25,834 nucleotides of DNA from contig CABMCB010000040.1 of NCBI GenBank assembly GCA_902384455.1, forward strand, positions 1 through 25,834, written 5' to 3'. Under the pieces are notes generated by a model. That model searched no databases and was not told the origin of the DNA. It saw only the letters and a program-made list of their open reading frames with translations. The first letter of the stretch is position 1. Each line of letters opens with the position of its first letter. This DNA is from an uncultured archaeon. Lineage in GTDB: Archaea > Altiarchaeota > Altiarchaeia > IMC4 > SCGC-AAA252-I15. A program made the translations under genes and the position numbers. Shown here piece after piece: positions 6,795 to 15,921 of this stretch.

Positions 6795-6983
6795 AGTTTT
6801 GCCCCTGGTACCTAGCCATCATCGCCCGCGCCTGTGCGGCGTGCCCGGTGTCGGCAAGTCAGGGATACAAAGTACGCAAGACAACGCCAACGCGATAGTG
6901 AATCGGCTGTTGAAAACCTTGGCGGGTAGACGGGAGCTGTGAAGCTGTCGCGTGGCTTGCGTACATAGGGAGGCTGGTGGTAT

Positions 6984-8909
6984 ATGCCACCGCTGGATTA
7001 TACGATACAACCGAACGCTGCCGAGACAGCTCTGAAGTATGCACAGGACGTGCTTTCAGGCGCAGTAGTTGCCGGCAGGCTGGTCCGCCTTGCTTGCGAG
7101 CGGTTCCTCCTTGACCTCCAGAACCAAAAAGAATTTTATTTTGACCCGACCGCGGCGCAGCATGCCGTTGACTTCTTCGGATTCCTCAAACACACAAAAG
7201 GCGCCTGGTCCAAGAAAAAGGAAACAGCAGGGTTCGTGCTGTCCTCTTGGCAGGTCTTTGTTGTTGCCAACCTCTTCGGCTGGATAAACCGTGTGAGTGG
7301 CTGTCGCCGCTTCCGTGAAGCCTATATTGAGGTTGCCCGTAAGAACGGCAAGTCTACTTTCATCGCCGGCATTGGGCTCTACTGTTTGCTAGCCGATGGT
7401 GAACCTGGCGCAGAAGTTTACAGCGCTGCCACAACCAAAGAGCAGGCCAAGCGCATCTTTGACCCGGCGAAAGAAATGGTGAAGGTATCGCCTTACCTCT
7501 CCTCTCGTGTTGGAGTCTTTCGCAGCAGCCTTAGTGTTGAGGCCACGTTCTCAAAGTTCCTACCGCTGGCCAGTGAGTCCAACACATTGGATGGTTTGAA
7601 CATCAGCTGTGGGCTGGTGGACGAGCTACACGAACACCCTGACCGTAGTTTGTACGATGTGCTCAACACGGCCACCGGCTCCCGGTCGCAGCCGTTGCTA
7701 ATTGAGATTACCACTGCAGGCTTCCAGCGCGAAGGCATCTGTTGGGACCAGCGGGAGCACGGTGTCAAGGTTGTTGCCCGCAAGATAGTAGACGACAATT
7801 TCTTCGCGTACATAGCTTGTCTGGACGACGAGGACGATTGGAAGGACAAGACCAAATGGGTAAAGGCAAACCCGAACCTCGGGATTTCTACAAGCATCGC
7901 CGCCATTGAACCGAACTTCGTCAAGGCGCTTGAGCAGCCTGCGGCACAGAACGAGTTCCTGCGCAAGCACATGAATAAGTGGACTGCGCAAAACACAGCC
8001 ATGCTTGCAGAAGGCAAGTGGGAGAAATGCTGCGCAGCCGGTGAGCATGCCAATCCAGGCGAGCAACGGGAGTTGGCTTTCAAACACCTCAAGGGCCGTC
8101 GTTGCGTCCTTGGATTGGACATGGCCAGTACGGACGACCTTGTCGCCCTGGCGGCTGTGTTCCCGCCATCTGAACAGGTAACGATACCGGACATTCCAGC
8201 CGGCCACAACTTCATCAAGATGGCAAAGGACGGTGAGGTGAAGTGCTTGCCGGAAAATAACATCCTGAACTTGATACGGCTTGGGGCTGGTCAGCGCACG
8301 GAAGAAATTCCGCAAGAGTGGCTGAAGGACCCGGCGAAGTTCAAGGTGCTGACACAGAAGGACGACAAGTGGAGCCTGCTGGTGTGGTATTGGATGCCGG
8401 AGGCTTTCGTCTTGGACAAAGAGAAGTCAAACCGATTCCCGTACTCGGCATGGGTCCGGAACAAGTTTATCGAAACGTGCCCTGGCCTCCAGATTGACCA
8501 GCAAATGATTCGTAACAAGGTGCTGGAACTGAATGCCTTCTTCCGTGTCACGGAACTGGGATACGACTTGTGGAACACTGGCTGGCTCGGGCCAAAGTTA
8601 GTGGAGGACGGGATTAAGGCCGTCAAGATTCCACAGAAGTTTGAGTTCCTTGATGGGCCAACCAAGATGCTTGTGAACCTTATCACTGGCGGTGTGGTTG
8701 AGCACTATAATGACCCGGTCCTCAAGTGGATGGTCAGCAACGTCCAGCTCCTCTTGGACAGTAATGGCAACCAGCGACCCGACAAGGCGAAGAGCAAGAA
8801 TAAGATTGATGGATACGTGGCTTGCGTGATGGCCATGAACCGGGCGATGGCGAATCCACAGCAGCAGAAGTTGGACGACCCGAACAGGTTCAAGGTGCAT
8901 TATATCTAG
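6984..8909 (+). CDS. terL: Terminase large subunit
   Basis: Walker A ARKNGKST, Walker B LVDELH, ITTAG coupling motif, nuclease motifs GLDMAS and KIDG. Confidence 0.97.
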   Translation: MPPLDYTIQPNAAETALKYAQDVLSGAVVAGRLVRLACERFLLDLQNQKEFYFDPTAAQHAVDFFGFLKHTKGAWSKKKETAGFVLSSWQVFVVANLFGWINRVSGCRRFREAYIEVARKNGKSTFIAGIGLYCLLADGEPGAEVYSAATTKEQAKRIFDPAKEMVKVSPYLSSRVGVFRSSLSVEATFSKFLPLASESNTLDGLNISCGLVDELHEHPDRSLYDVLNTATGSRSQPLLIEITTAGFQREGICWDQREHGVKVVARKIVDDNFFAYIACLDDEDDWKDKTKWVKANPNLGISTSIAAIEPNFVKALEQPAAQNEFLRKHMNKWTAQNTAMLAEGKWEKCCAAGEHANPGEQRELAFKHLKGRRCVLGLDMASTDDLVALAAVFPPSEQVTIPDIPAGHNFIKMAKDGEVKCLPENNILNLIRLGAGQRTEEIPQEWLKDPAKFKVLTQKDDKWSLLVWYWMPEAFVLDKEKSNRFPYSAWVRNKFIETCPGLQIDQQMIRNKVLELNAFFRVTELGYDLWNTGWLGPKLVEDGIKAVKIPQKFEFLDGPTKMLVNLITGGVVEHYNDPVLKWMVSNVQLLLDSNGNQRPDKAKSKNKIDGYVACVMAMNRAMANPQQQKLDDPNRFKVHYI

Positions 8910-8971
8910 TCGTAACAGCACAGGGAGGCTTGAACCGCCATCGCAAGGCGCGACGGCATTCAACGTGGACA

Positions 8972-10867
8972 ATGGCAAAGACTGCCGCAAAGAATTCTGG
9001 GTTGTTTGAGCGCACTATGGGTGCGCTGGGATTCGAGCGCCGGTCGTCTCTTGAGAACCCGCAAACACCTCTTAGTTACCCCGCCGAGTGGCTCCTAGAT
9101 ATCTTCAATGGTGGTCGCACTGATGCTGGCCTACGTGTCAGCGAAATGGTTGCCTTGCAGTCGGCGACCGTGTTTCAGTGCGTCATGATTATCGCCAATG
9201 CGATGGCCACCAACCCGCTCAATGTTTATGAGCGACAGCCGAACGGCGGTAAGAAGGTTGCAACCACACACCCGCTCCAATACTTGCTGAACATGCGGCC
9301 GAACTCAGAAATGACTTCTTCCACCCTGCGCCGCACTGTGCAATGCCATAAGCTCTTGTGGGGCAACGGCTACATTGAGATTGAGCGGGACAATGCTAAC
9401 CGGATTAAGGCTCTCTGGCCGCGCAATCCGTCCCGCACCCACCCGGTCCGAACACTTGCACCCATGGAGTTCCAAGGCACTGTCTGGCCACAGGGAACCA
9501 TGATGTACGAGACCTATGACTTCATGAAAGATACACAAATCATGGAGCAAGACAATGACAATCAGAATTATGGGTTCCGCCGCCTTGTGCTTGCTGAGGA
9601 CATGATTCACATGCCCGGCCTTTCGCTTGATGGCCGCCTTGGGCAAGACGTTGTCATCCTCGCCCGCCAGGCAATCGGCCTCGCGTTGGCCTCTGAAAAG
9701 TTTGGTGCGAAGTTCTTTGGCAATGGCGCCATCCCGACGGGTGTATTCGCGACACCGGGCGATATGACCGACGTTCAGCTTGAGGTGTTCAAACGGTCCT
9801 GGGCTGAGTCCCACGGTGGTGAGAACCACCACAAGACCGGAGTATTGCCTCCGGGTGTCACGTACACAAAGACTGGCGCAACGCCCGAAGAGGGCCAGAT
9901 GCTCCAGACCCGCCAGCACCAGAAATCTGAAATTGCTTCCTTCTTCAACGTCCCGCCGCACATGGTTGGTGTGATTGATAACGATGCTGGTAAATCCAGC
10001 GTTGAGCAGTCCAGTATTGAATTCAAGCTATTCTGCACAGACCCACATGCGACGGATTGGGAACAAGAAATGGAAGTCAAACTATTCCCCGCCAAGGGTA
10101 TCGTCCCAAGCAAGTTCTATGCTGGCTTCGACATGCGCAAGTTGATGTACCCGACAGCCGAGGCTCGTGCCCTGTTCTATAACGGCGGCAAACAGTGGGG
10201 ATATTTGACCACAGACCTTATCCACGAAATGGAAGGATTGAACCCCGCCGAGGATGGTACCGGGCAAAAGTATTGGATGCCCATCAACATGCAAGATGCT
10301 GGCGCCGCGGCAGCACATGGTGAGGCTGTTCAGGGAGGCTTGGAAGACGGCACGTTGGCCGCAACTCCTGCCGGAGTCACACCGATTGGTGACCACCCGG
10401 TCGTTAAGGCTGCGGAGAAGCAGCGCAAGCAAGACATGGCGCAGGACCTCCAGAAACACCAAATTTCCTCAAATGCCTCTGTGCAGATTGCGAAGCACCA
10501 GGCTAAGTCTCAGCAGGCAGAGGGTGGCGCCGAAGCGGACAAGTCAGTGGGTAAGAGCAAGCTCGGGATGAAGAAGTCCAAGAAGCGCAGTGACCTGACC
10601 CGTGTGTTTGCCGGCATGTACCGCGATGCTGTTGGCCGTGCTTCTTTTCGGAAGAAGGCCACAGTTCAAGACTATGTCACTGTGTTCGGGCCTGTTGCCT
10701 CCGCTGTAATTGAACAAGCCATCGAGGAGCGTTGCGACGCGAGCGACTTCATCCGTGATTACACGGCGGACTTGTTTACTCGGCGCGGCGCTGGTTGGGG
10801 TGAGGACCTTGATGCTGCCAGCACTCAAGAGTTTGAAAATTTTGTCGAGAGAGTACTAAACACATAA
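8972..10867 (+). CDS. Portal protein, HK97 family, with C-terminal extension
   Basis: HPLQYLLNMRPN, LLWGNGY, FFGNGAIP, IASFFNVPPHMVG; follows terL. Start placed at ATG 8972. Confidence 0.95.
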   Translation: MAKTAAKNSGLFERTMGALGFERRSSLENPQTPLSYPAEWLLDIFNGGRTDAGLRVSEMVALQSATVFQCVMIIANAMATNPLNVYERQPNGGKKVATTHPLQYLLNMRPNSEMTSSTLRRTVQCHKLLWGNGYIEIERDNANRIKALWPRNPSRTHPVRTLAPMEFQGTVWPQGTMMYETYDFMKDTQIMEQDNDNQNYGFRRLVLAEDMIHMPGLSLDGRLGQDVVILARQAIGLALASEKFGAKFFGNGAIPTGVFATPGDMTDVQLEVFKRSWAESHGGENHHKTGVLPPGVTYTKTGATPEEGQMLQTRQHQKSEIASFFNVPPHMVGVIDNDAGKSSVEQSSIEFKLFCTDPHATDWEQEMEVKLFPAKGIVPSKFYAGFDMRKLMYPTAEARALFYNGGKQWGYLTTDLIHEMEGLNPAEDGTGQKYWMPINMQDAGAAAAHGEAVQGGLEDGTLAATPAGVTPIGDHPVVKAAEKQRKQDMAQDLQKHQISSNASVQIAKHQAKSQQAEGGAEADKSVGKSKLGMKKSKKRSDLTRVFAGMYRDAVGRASFRKKATVQDYVTVFGPVASAVIEQAIEERCDASDFIRDYTADLFTRRGAGWGEDLDAASTQEFENFVERVLNT

Positions 10868-10880
10868 AGGTTGAGGTTAA

Positions 10881-10955
10881 ATGCCATCGCAGGTCGGCGT
10901 TCTTCAAACAGCTCAAGGCTCCACGGTGGTTGGAAGCACTGTGGCAAGTGATTGA
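10881..10955 (+). CDS. Possible small protein (24 aa, MPSQVGVLQTAQGSTVVGSTVASD)
   Basis: GAGGT RBS and ATG; fills the gap between portal and the next gene. Confidence 0.35.
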   Translation: MPSQVGVLQTAQGSTVVGSTVASD

Positions 10956-10963
10956 GGTCTAAC

Positions 10964-11509
10964 ATGGCGGACCTAGTCAAAATCGAGCGGTGGGGACTGC
11001 TGTTCGTTGGAGGCAAGGACACCAACGGTCAGCCAAAGTCCTGTTTTAATTGCCCACACCTCCTCGCAAAACAGGAGGCATGTGCCTACATGAATCCAAG
11101 CATTATCTTCCGCAGGCTGACACATCACGGACAGGTTTACACTCCGGTCTGCGGCTATCAAATCGGCGGGTTGCCGACAGTAACAGATAACCCGGTCTTC
11201 ATGGGCAAGAATCCGGATGAACTCGGGCTAGAATGGGCTAAGGGCACCGGCACGAACTGCTATGGGTATGAAGGCGGGGCACCGTGCGAACGGTTCATTC
11301 ATACCGAAGGCGAGGATGGTATTTGCGCCATTATGATTGAAGACGATAACAAAGTGGATTCTGACGACTGCTGTGCGGCGCACAAAGGTCCGTCAATGAC
11401 TTGGCAGGATGCCCAGAAGCAAATTGAGGACTCAGCTTGGCCGCCGAAGTATCGGGCTGTTGCTACTGGGGCGCTGCCGGCCGGAACGGTTTTGAAATGC
11501 GCAAACTAG
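10964..11509 (+). CDS. Cys-rich protein with two HiPIP-like (putative Fe-S or metal) motifs
   Basis: GAGGT RBS; CFNC...C...C and C...CERF...GIC...DDCCAAH clusters. Confidence 0.7.
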   Translation: MADLVKIERWGLLFVGGKDTNGQPKSCFNCPHLLAKQEACAYMNPSIIFRRLTHHGQVYTPVCGYQIGGLPTVTDNPVFMGKNPDELGLEWAKGTGTNCYGYEGGAPCERFIHTEGEDGICAIMIEDDNKVDSDDCCAAHKGPSMTWQDAQKQIEDSAWPPKYRAVATGALPAGTVLKCAN

Positions 11510-12258
11510 TGTTCAAACGTGAAGAGACGCAAGTAACCCCATCCGTACCGCAGCCAGGACAGGGCGATAAGGTTGTCTACCTGTTCCATCATGCCGTCGC
11601 TACTGAGGACGAGCGTAATGAGTTCGGTGGATGGACGGACTCCCCGTTGACGGAACTTGGACAGTCCCAGGGGCAACTCATGCAGGATTTTATCACCACG
11701 CACGGGCTGATTGTCAACGCCCTCTGGTGCAGCGATTTGCCGCGGGCAGTTGAAACTGCCAAGTACATTATCCCGGTGACGACTTCTAAGGGTTGCATCT
11801 ACACACCGCAGGCGCGGTCGTGGGGCATCGGTTCCGAGATTAGTGGCAACGTCAAGACGAACACACTCTATAGGAGTGCGAAGAAGTTTTATGTCGAGCA
11901 TCCCGATGAAGTACCGCCGGGTGAGGATGCCGAATCGCTCAACGCGTCCAAGTACCGTTGGAATCGCTTCCTGACTTATGTGCTTTCAGTCACAGAAGCT
12001 GGTAGCCCGAACGGGGTCGTGGCACACGGCAACAATATCAAGAACACCGCGCAGACCTTTGGCTTTGGAAAGTTGAAGGTTGGCCACGGCTCCATCAGCC
12101 GGCTGATTTTAAGTGGTGTCACAATGACTTTTGAATTGCTCTTCGTTCCGCCAGGCAGCGACCTCGGGGCCGAGGATGATGAACCTATCCGCAAGGCAGT
12201 TAAGAGCGGACAGGTCTACCGCTCGACAGCGGAATGTGTCGAAGTGAGGTCTCTTTGA
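11497..12258 (+). CDS. Histidine phosphatase / phosphoglycerate mutase family protein with atypical RHG motif
   Basis: VYLFHHA, GWTDSPLTELG, SDLPRAVETA, AESL, VVAHG motifs. Confidence 0.85.
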   Translation: MRKLVFKREETQVTPSVPQPGQGDKVVYLFHHAVATEDERNEFGGWTDSPLTELGQSQGQLMQDFITTHGLIVNALWCSDLPRAVETAKYIIPVTTSKGCIYTPQARSWGIGSEISGNVKTNTLYRSAKKFYVEHPDEVPPGEDAESLNASKYRWNRFLTYVLSVTEAGSPNGVVAHGNNIKNTAQTFGFGKLKVGHGSISRLILSGVTMTFELLFVPPGSDLGAEDDEPIRKAVKSGQVYRSTAECVEVRSL

Positions 12259-12290
12259 AGAAGTACGTGACTGGGTGACCAGAGTAGACC

Positions 12291-12304
12291 AAACCCGTAA
12301 CACC
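12291..12304 (+). promoter_or_regulatory. Recurrent motif AAACCCRTAACACC, copy 3
   Basis: AAACCCGTAACACC ends 21 nt before the protease ATG. Confidence 0.6.
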
Positions 12305-12325
12305 GAGTTGGAGGCTTGAACTGTC

Positions 12326-14173
12326 ATGTCTACACAACGTGAAGTCCGCTACCTAGAAGCAACCGAAGTACGAGCCAAGGGCGGGTCTCCTGAGGACCCG
12401 ACACTGCGCATTGAAGGATATGCCGCGGTGTTCAACCGGACGGCCAAACTCCCCAAATATCGTGAGAACATCAAGCCAGGTGCGTTCACCCGTGCTATCC
12501 GTGATGCGCAGGATGTTGTGTGCCTATTCAACCACAACAGCAACCTAGTGCTTGGCCGGACGACTTCCGGCACACTGCGGTTGTCCCAGGACGACCGCGG
12601 GCTGCACTATGAGTGCGACATGCCCAATACGCAGACCGGGCGGGACACTCACGAATCCATCAAGCGTGGAGACATCAATGGTTGTTCCTTTGCTTTCACC
12701 GTCCCCGATGGCGGCCAGGAGTGGTCCGAACAGGAAGAGAGCGGGGTTTACTACATCCAACGCAACCTGACGGACTTGAACTTGCATGACGTGAGCCCGG
12801 TGACGTACCCGACCTATGGTGGCACGGATGTTTATGCTCGCAGTGAAGAAACCTGTGAGGCACCTGCTGAACTTCGCTCCGCTGTTGACCAGAAGAATGC
12901 CGAGCGCGGGATGATGGACATGAAGGCTATTGACGTTCCTGCGAAGAAGGAACAGCCTTTTGACCCGACGTCAGCCGTCGCTTCAACCAACGAGGGTGAG
13001 ACGGAAAAGCGTCCTTATTCAAAGCCAAGTGACGTGCCCGAGAACGTACCGGCTGCTCACAAGGCACAGTTCATGGAGGTTTTCAATTCGGCTCATGCCG
13101 CTGCCAAGAAGGATGGCAAGAGCGACAAAGATGCGGATGCCAGTGCCTTCGCCCAAGCGTGGGGTGTGATAAATAAAAACCGCAGCGAGGCTGGCGAAGC
13201 AGAAATTCGTTGGCAAGAGTCCGAAGCCGTGGTTGACGGCAACAAGGACATGAGCGAGCAGGAAGAAATTGATTTGGAAGAGGGCTTTGACCGGGCAATG
13301 AATGAGGATGATTTTGACCCACCCTACGACCCGTTTGGATTGACAGAGGACCACGTTGACGGTGACTGCGAGAACGAGATGTGTTCTTGCCAGAACCGGA
13401 TGTACGGCTTCGGTATGCGCTCCGCACTGGTTGCGGAAGAGTTCCGCGCCGGAACCCGGACAAAGCGAGTTGGTGGGAAAGACCTGACGGCCAAGTCTTT
13501 TGCCTTCGTTGGTGACCCGAGTCGCACGGAAACTTGGAAGTATCCAATCCACGACGCAAGTCATGTTCGCAACGCCCTTGCGCGTTGGGGGCAACACAAG
13601 GGGATTCCTTCCGATAAAGAAGCCGGTGTGCTGCGTAAGATTCATGCGGCCGCGAAGAGGTTTGGGATTGACGTTGCCGACGAGCGCTCGTGGAAACCAG
13701 AGGTACAAGCTCCGCAGCCCTGGCACACCAGCTACAAGGCATTTCAGGCCGGCTTGATTACTGCGGAAGAGTGCTTGCGTTACTCCGCAGAACAGGATAG
13801 GCATGACGACGGAATCTTTGCTGGTCGTGGTGAAACTGCCAATAGCAAGGACGAGCACATGGAAGCGGCCAAATATCACAGCGGGCAGGCCGATTCCCAC
13901 ATGGACGCCGCCAGCAAGCATTTCAGCAAGTCCAAGGAAATGGTTTCTGACGAGAGCAAGTCTGGCGCCAATGCAGAAGCAGGATATGCCAACGAACATG
14001 CGGCCGAGATGCACCGTTCTGCCGCAGCAAAGCACACGACTGCTTCCTATTCACCGAGCGTTGGACAGCGTGGAAATTATCATTCAGCGTCAGCGAGGAT
14101 TGCTTCTAAGACCGCAAATCGGGCAGGTAATGAAGCTCGCAAAGCATCGAGGGCGGCCGTGCGGTCTTATTAA
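12326..14173 (+). CDS. HK97-family prohead protease fused to ChaB-like, DUF6582-like and His-rich domains (615 aa)
   Basis: IEGYAAVFN, LFNH, GCSFAF, DVSPVTYPTY in the first 175 aa; QFMEVFNSAH...AFAQAWGVI (ChaB-like); KYPIHDASHVRNALAR (DUF6582-like). Confidence 0.93.
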   Translation: MSTQREVRYLEATEVRAKGGSPEDPTLRIEGYAAVFNRTAKLPKYRENIKPGAFTRAIRDAQDVVCLFNHNSNLVLGRTTSGTLRLSQDDRGLHYECDMPNTQTGRDTHESIKRGDINGCSFAFTVPDGGQEWSEQEESGVYYIQRNLTDLNLHDVSPVTYPTYGGTDVYARSEETCEAPAELRSAVDQKNAERGMMDMKAIDVPAKKEQPFDPTSAVASTNEGETEKRPYSKPSDVPENVPAAHKAQFMEVFNSAHAAAKKDGKSDKDADASAFAQAWGVINKNRSEAGEAEIRWQESEAVVDGNKDMSEQEEIDLEEGFDRAMNEDDFDPPYDPFGLTEDHVDGDCENEMCSCQNRMYGFGMRSALVAEEFRAGTRTKRVGGKDLTAKSFAFVGDPSRTETWKYPIHDASHVRNALARWGQHKGIPSDKEAGVLRKIHAAAKRFGIDVADERSWKPEVQAPQPWHTSYKAFQAGLITAEECLRYSAEQDRHDDGIFAGRGETANSKDEHMEAAKYHSGQADSHMDAASKHFSKSKEMVSDESKSGANAEAGYANEHAAEMHRSAAAKHTTASYSPSVGQRGNYHSASARIASKTANRAGNEARKASRAAVRSY

Positions 14174-14307
14174 AGATTCTACCACCCGGAACAATGTTTC
14201 GGAAGTGGTGAAGAAGATTCGGGTAGCGCAAGGCGCGCCAACCGAAGGGCAGTAATCCAGGAAAGGCTGCATGACCGGGCTGGACTGGAACGAATAGGAG
14301 AAACACC

Positions 14308-15660
14308 ATGAGTGCTTTGAAAGACCTTCGGGAAAAGCGCGCTCAGGCAGCCACCGAGCTGACTGCGACGCTTGCCGCCGAACAAAATGCTGAAACCCGC
14401 GCGAAAGCTGACCGCATCATCGCTTCGATTAGCGAGATGGAATCGGACATCGTTCGCATCGAAAAAGCCGACAAGCTCCAAGAAGAGTTGCGAGCCATTG
14501 CCGGAGCCACCACCCGCACGATTGACCCCAATGCGGGCAACAACCTGGACCCCAAGAAACTCGAGAAGCGCTACCGCCAGAACTTCATCAAGGCGCTGCG
14601 CCAGATGCCGGTTTCGACTGGTATCGGCCCCGATGCTTCTAACAAAGCGGATGCAAGTCTTTCCGCTGAAGTTCGTGAAGCACTGCAAGCCGGCGTTGAG
14701 TTCGAGCGCAATTTTGAACAGCGCGACTTGGCAGAAGGCAACATCCTGGCCCACATCGGAACGTACACTGGCCTCGGCTTCTTCGTTCCCACGGGTTTCC
14801 GCGATGCCATCGAACAGGCGACCAAGTACTTTGCTCCCCTGCTTGATGGTTCGGTTATCACTGTGATGGACACCGCCACCGGCCAACCGCTGCCGATGCC
14901 CACCAGCAATGACACCACGCAGGCCGCGACAATCGTTGGGGAAGGTTCGCCTGTTTCCGAACAGGACGTGACCGCTGGTCAAATCAACTTCGGCGCCTAC
15001 AAGTTCACCTCTGGACTTGTGAAGGCCTCGTTGGAATTGATTCAGGACTCCGCGTTTGACCTGGAAGCGTGGTTGATTGCCCGGTTCGCAGAACGTTGGG
15101 GCCGTGGTCTGGAAAACTACCTGACCAACGGCACGGGCTCTTCGCAGCCCACCGGTTTGCTGACGGCGATTGCTGCCAGCGGCGCGGTTCCCGTAGTTGC
15201 GGCCGGTTCTGCTTCTAACTCTGGCGGGTCTGAAACTGGTGCGAACAGCATCGGGTACAGCGACCTCGTCAACCTGGAACACAGCGTTGACCCGAGCTAC
15301 CGTCGCGGAGCGAAGTATATGTTCCATGACCAGACGCTCGCGTCCATCAAGCGCATCCTCGACAAGTTCGGCCGCCCCTTGTGGGTCCCCGGAGTTGCCG
15401 CCAACGCGCCGGACACGGTCCTCGGCTACCAGTACGTCATCAACCAGTCGATGCCGCAAATCGCGGCGTCCAACACCACGGTCGCGTTCGGTGACATGAA
15501 GAAGTACATCGCGCGGCGCGTGAAAGACCTCACGGTCATGAAGCTGGTGGAACGGTACGCGGAACTCGGTCAGGTCGGCTTCGTTTCGTTCGCTCGTCTC
15601 GATGCCAACTTGCTCGACGCCGGCACGCACCCTGTCAACGTCCTGCAACAGCACTCCTAA
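14308..15660 (+). CDS. Major capsid protein, HK97 fold
   Basis: N-terminal coiled-coil delta domain, GFFVP, SLELIQDS, NGTGSSQPTGLL, LDKFGRPLW, FGD; AGGAG RBS. Confidence 0.97.
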   Translation: MSALKDLREKRAQAATELTATLAAEQNAETRAKADRIIASISEMESDIVRIEKADKLQEELRAIAGATTRTIDPNAGNNLDPKKLEKRYRQNFIKALRQMPVSTGIGPDASNKADASLSAEVREALQAGVEFERNFEQRDLAEGNILAHIGTYTGLGFFVPTGFRDAIEQATKYFAPLLDGSVITVMDTATGQPLPMPTSNDTTQAATIVGEGSPVSEQDVTAGQINFGAYKFTSGLVKASLELIQDSAFDLEAWLIARFAERWGRGLENYLTNGTGSSQPTGLLTAIAASGAVPVVAAGSASNSGGSETGANSIGYSDLVNLEHSVDPSYRRGAKYMFHDQTLASIKRILDKFGRPLWVPGVAANAPDTVLGYQYVINQSMPQIAASNTTVAFGDMKKYIARRVKDLTVMKLVERYAELGQVGFVSFARLDANLLDAGTHPVNVLQQHS

Positions 15661-15711
15661 TCCTCGACGACCGGATTAGGCTAGTGTCCACCCGAACCTG
15701 GAGGAGCCATT

Positions 15712-15921
15712 ATGAGTGGCTCCTCCAATTCCTTTGTGAAGGTGTCTATGCTGGTGAGAATCAAAGCAACTGGCCAAGTGCTTGATATGGTGCCGGCTGT
15801 GGCAGTGGCGATGTTGAATGGTGGCACCGCGGAAGCAGTAGTTCAAGAGGTCAAGCGGGAGACGGCTACGCTTGCTCATCGTGTATTTGAGAAAGCCGCA
15901 AAGTTTATTGGAGCCCGATAA
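15712..15921 (+). CDS. Hypothetical protein following capsid gene (69 aa)
   Basis: GGAGGAG RBS; TAATG coupling to the next gene. Confidence 0.8.
   Translation: MSGSSNSFVKVSMLVRIKATGQVLDMVPAVAVAMLNGGTAEAVVQEVKRETATLAHRVFEKAAKFIGAR

Noticed and set aside
8165-8370. Intein or intron in terL
   Set aside because: Too short, frame is continuous, and no C-terminal HN-C/S/T intein signature.
8822-8971. N-terminal extension of portal from the ORF track
   Set aside because: It overlaps terL; the GGAGG at about 8924 is too close to TTG 8930, so ATG 8972 is preferred.
14179-15654. 491-aa minus-strand ORF and similar antisense ORFs (13019..14035, 4625..5350, 7493..8263)
   Set aside because: Shadow frames of GC3-rich sense genes with no recognisable motifs.
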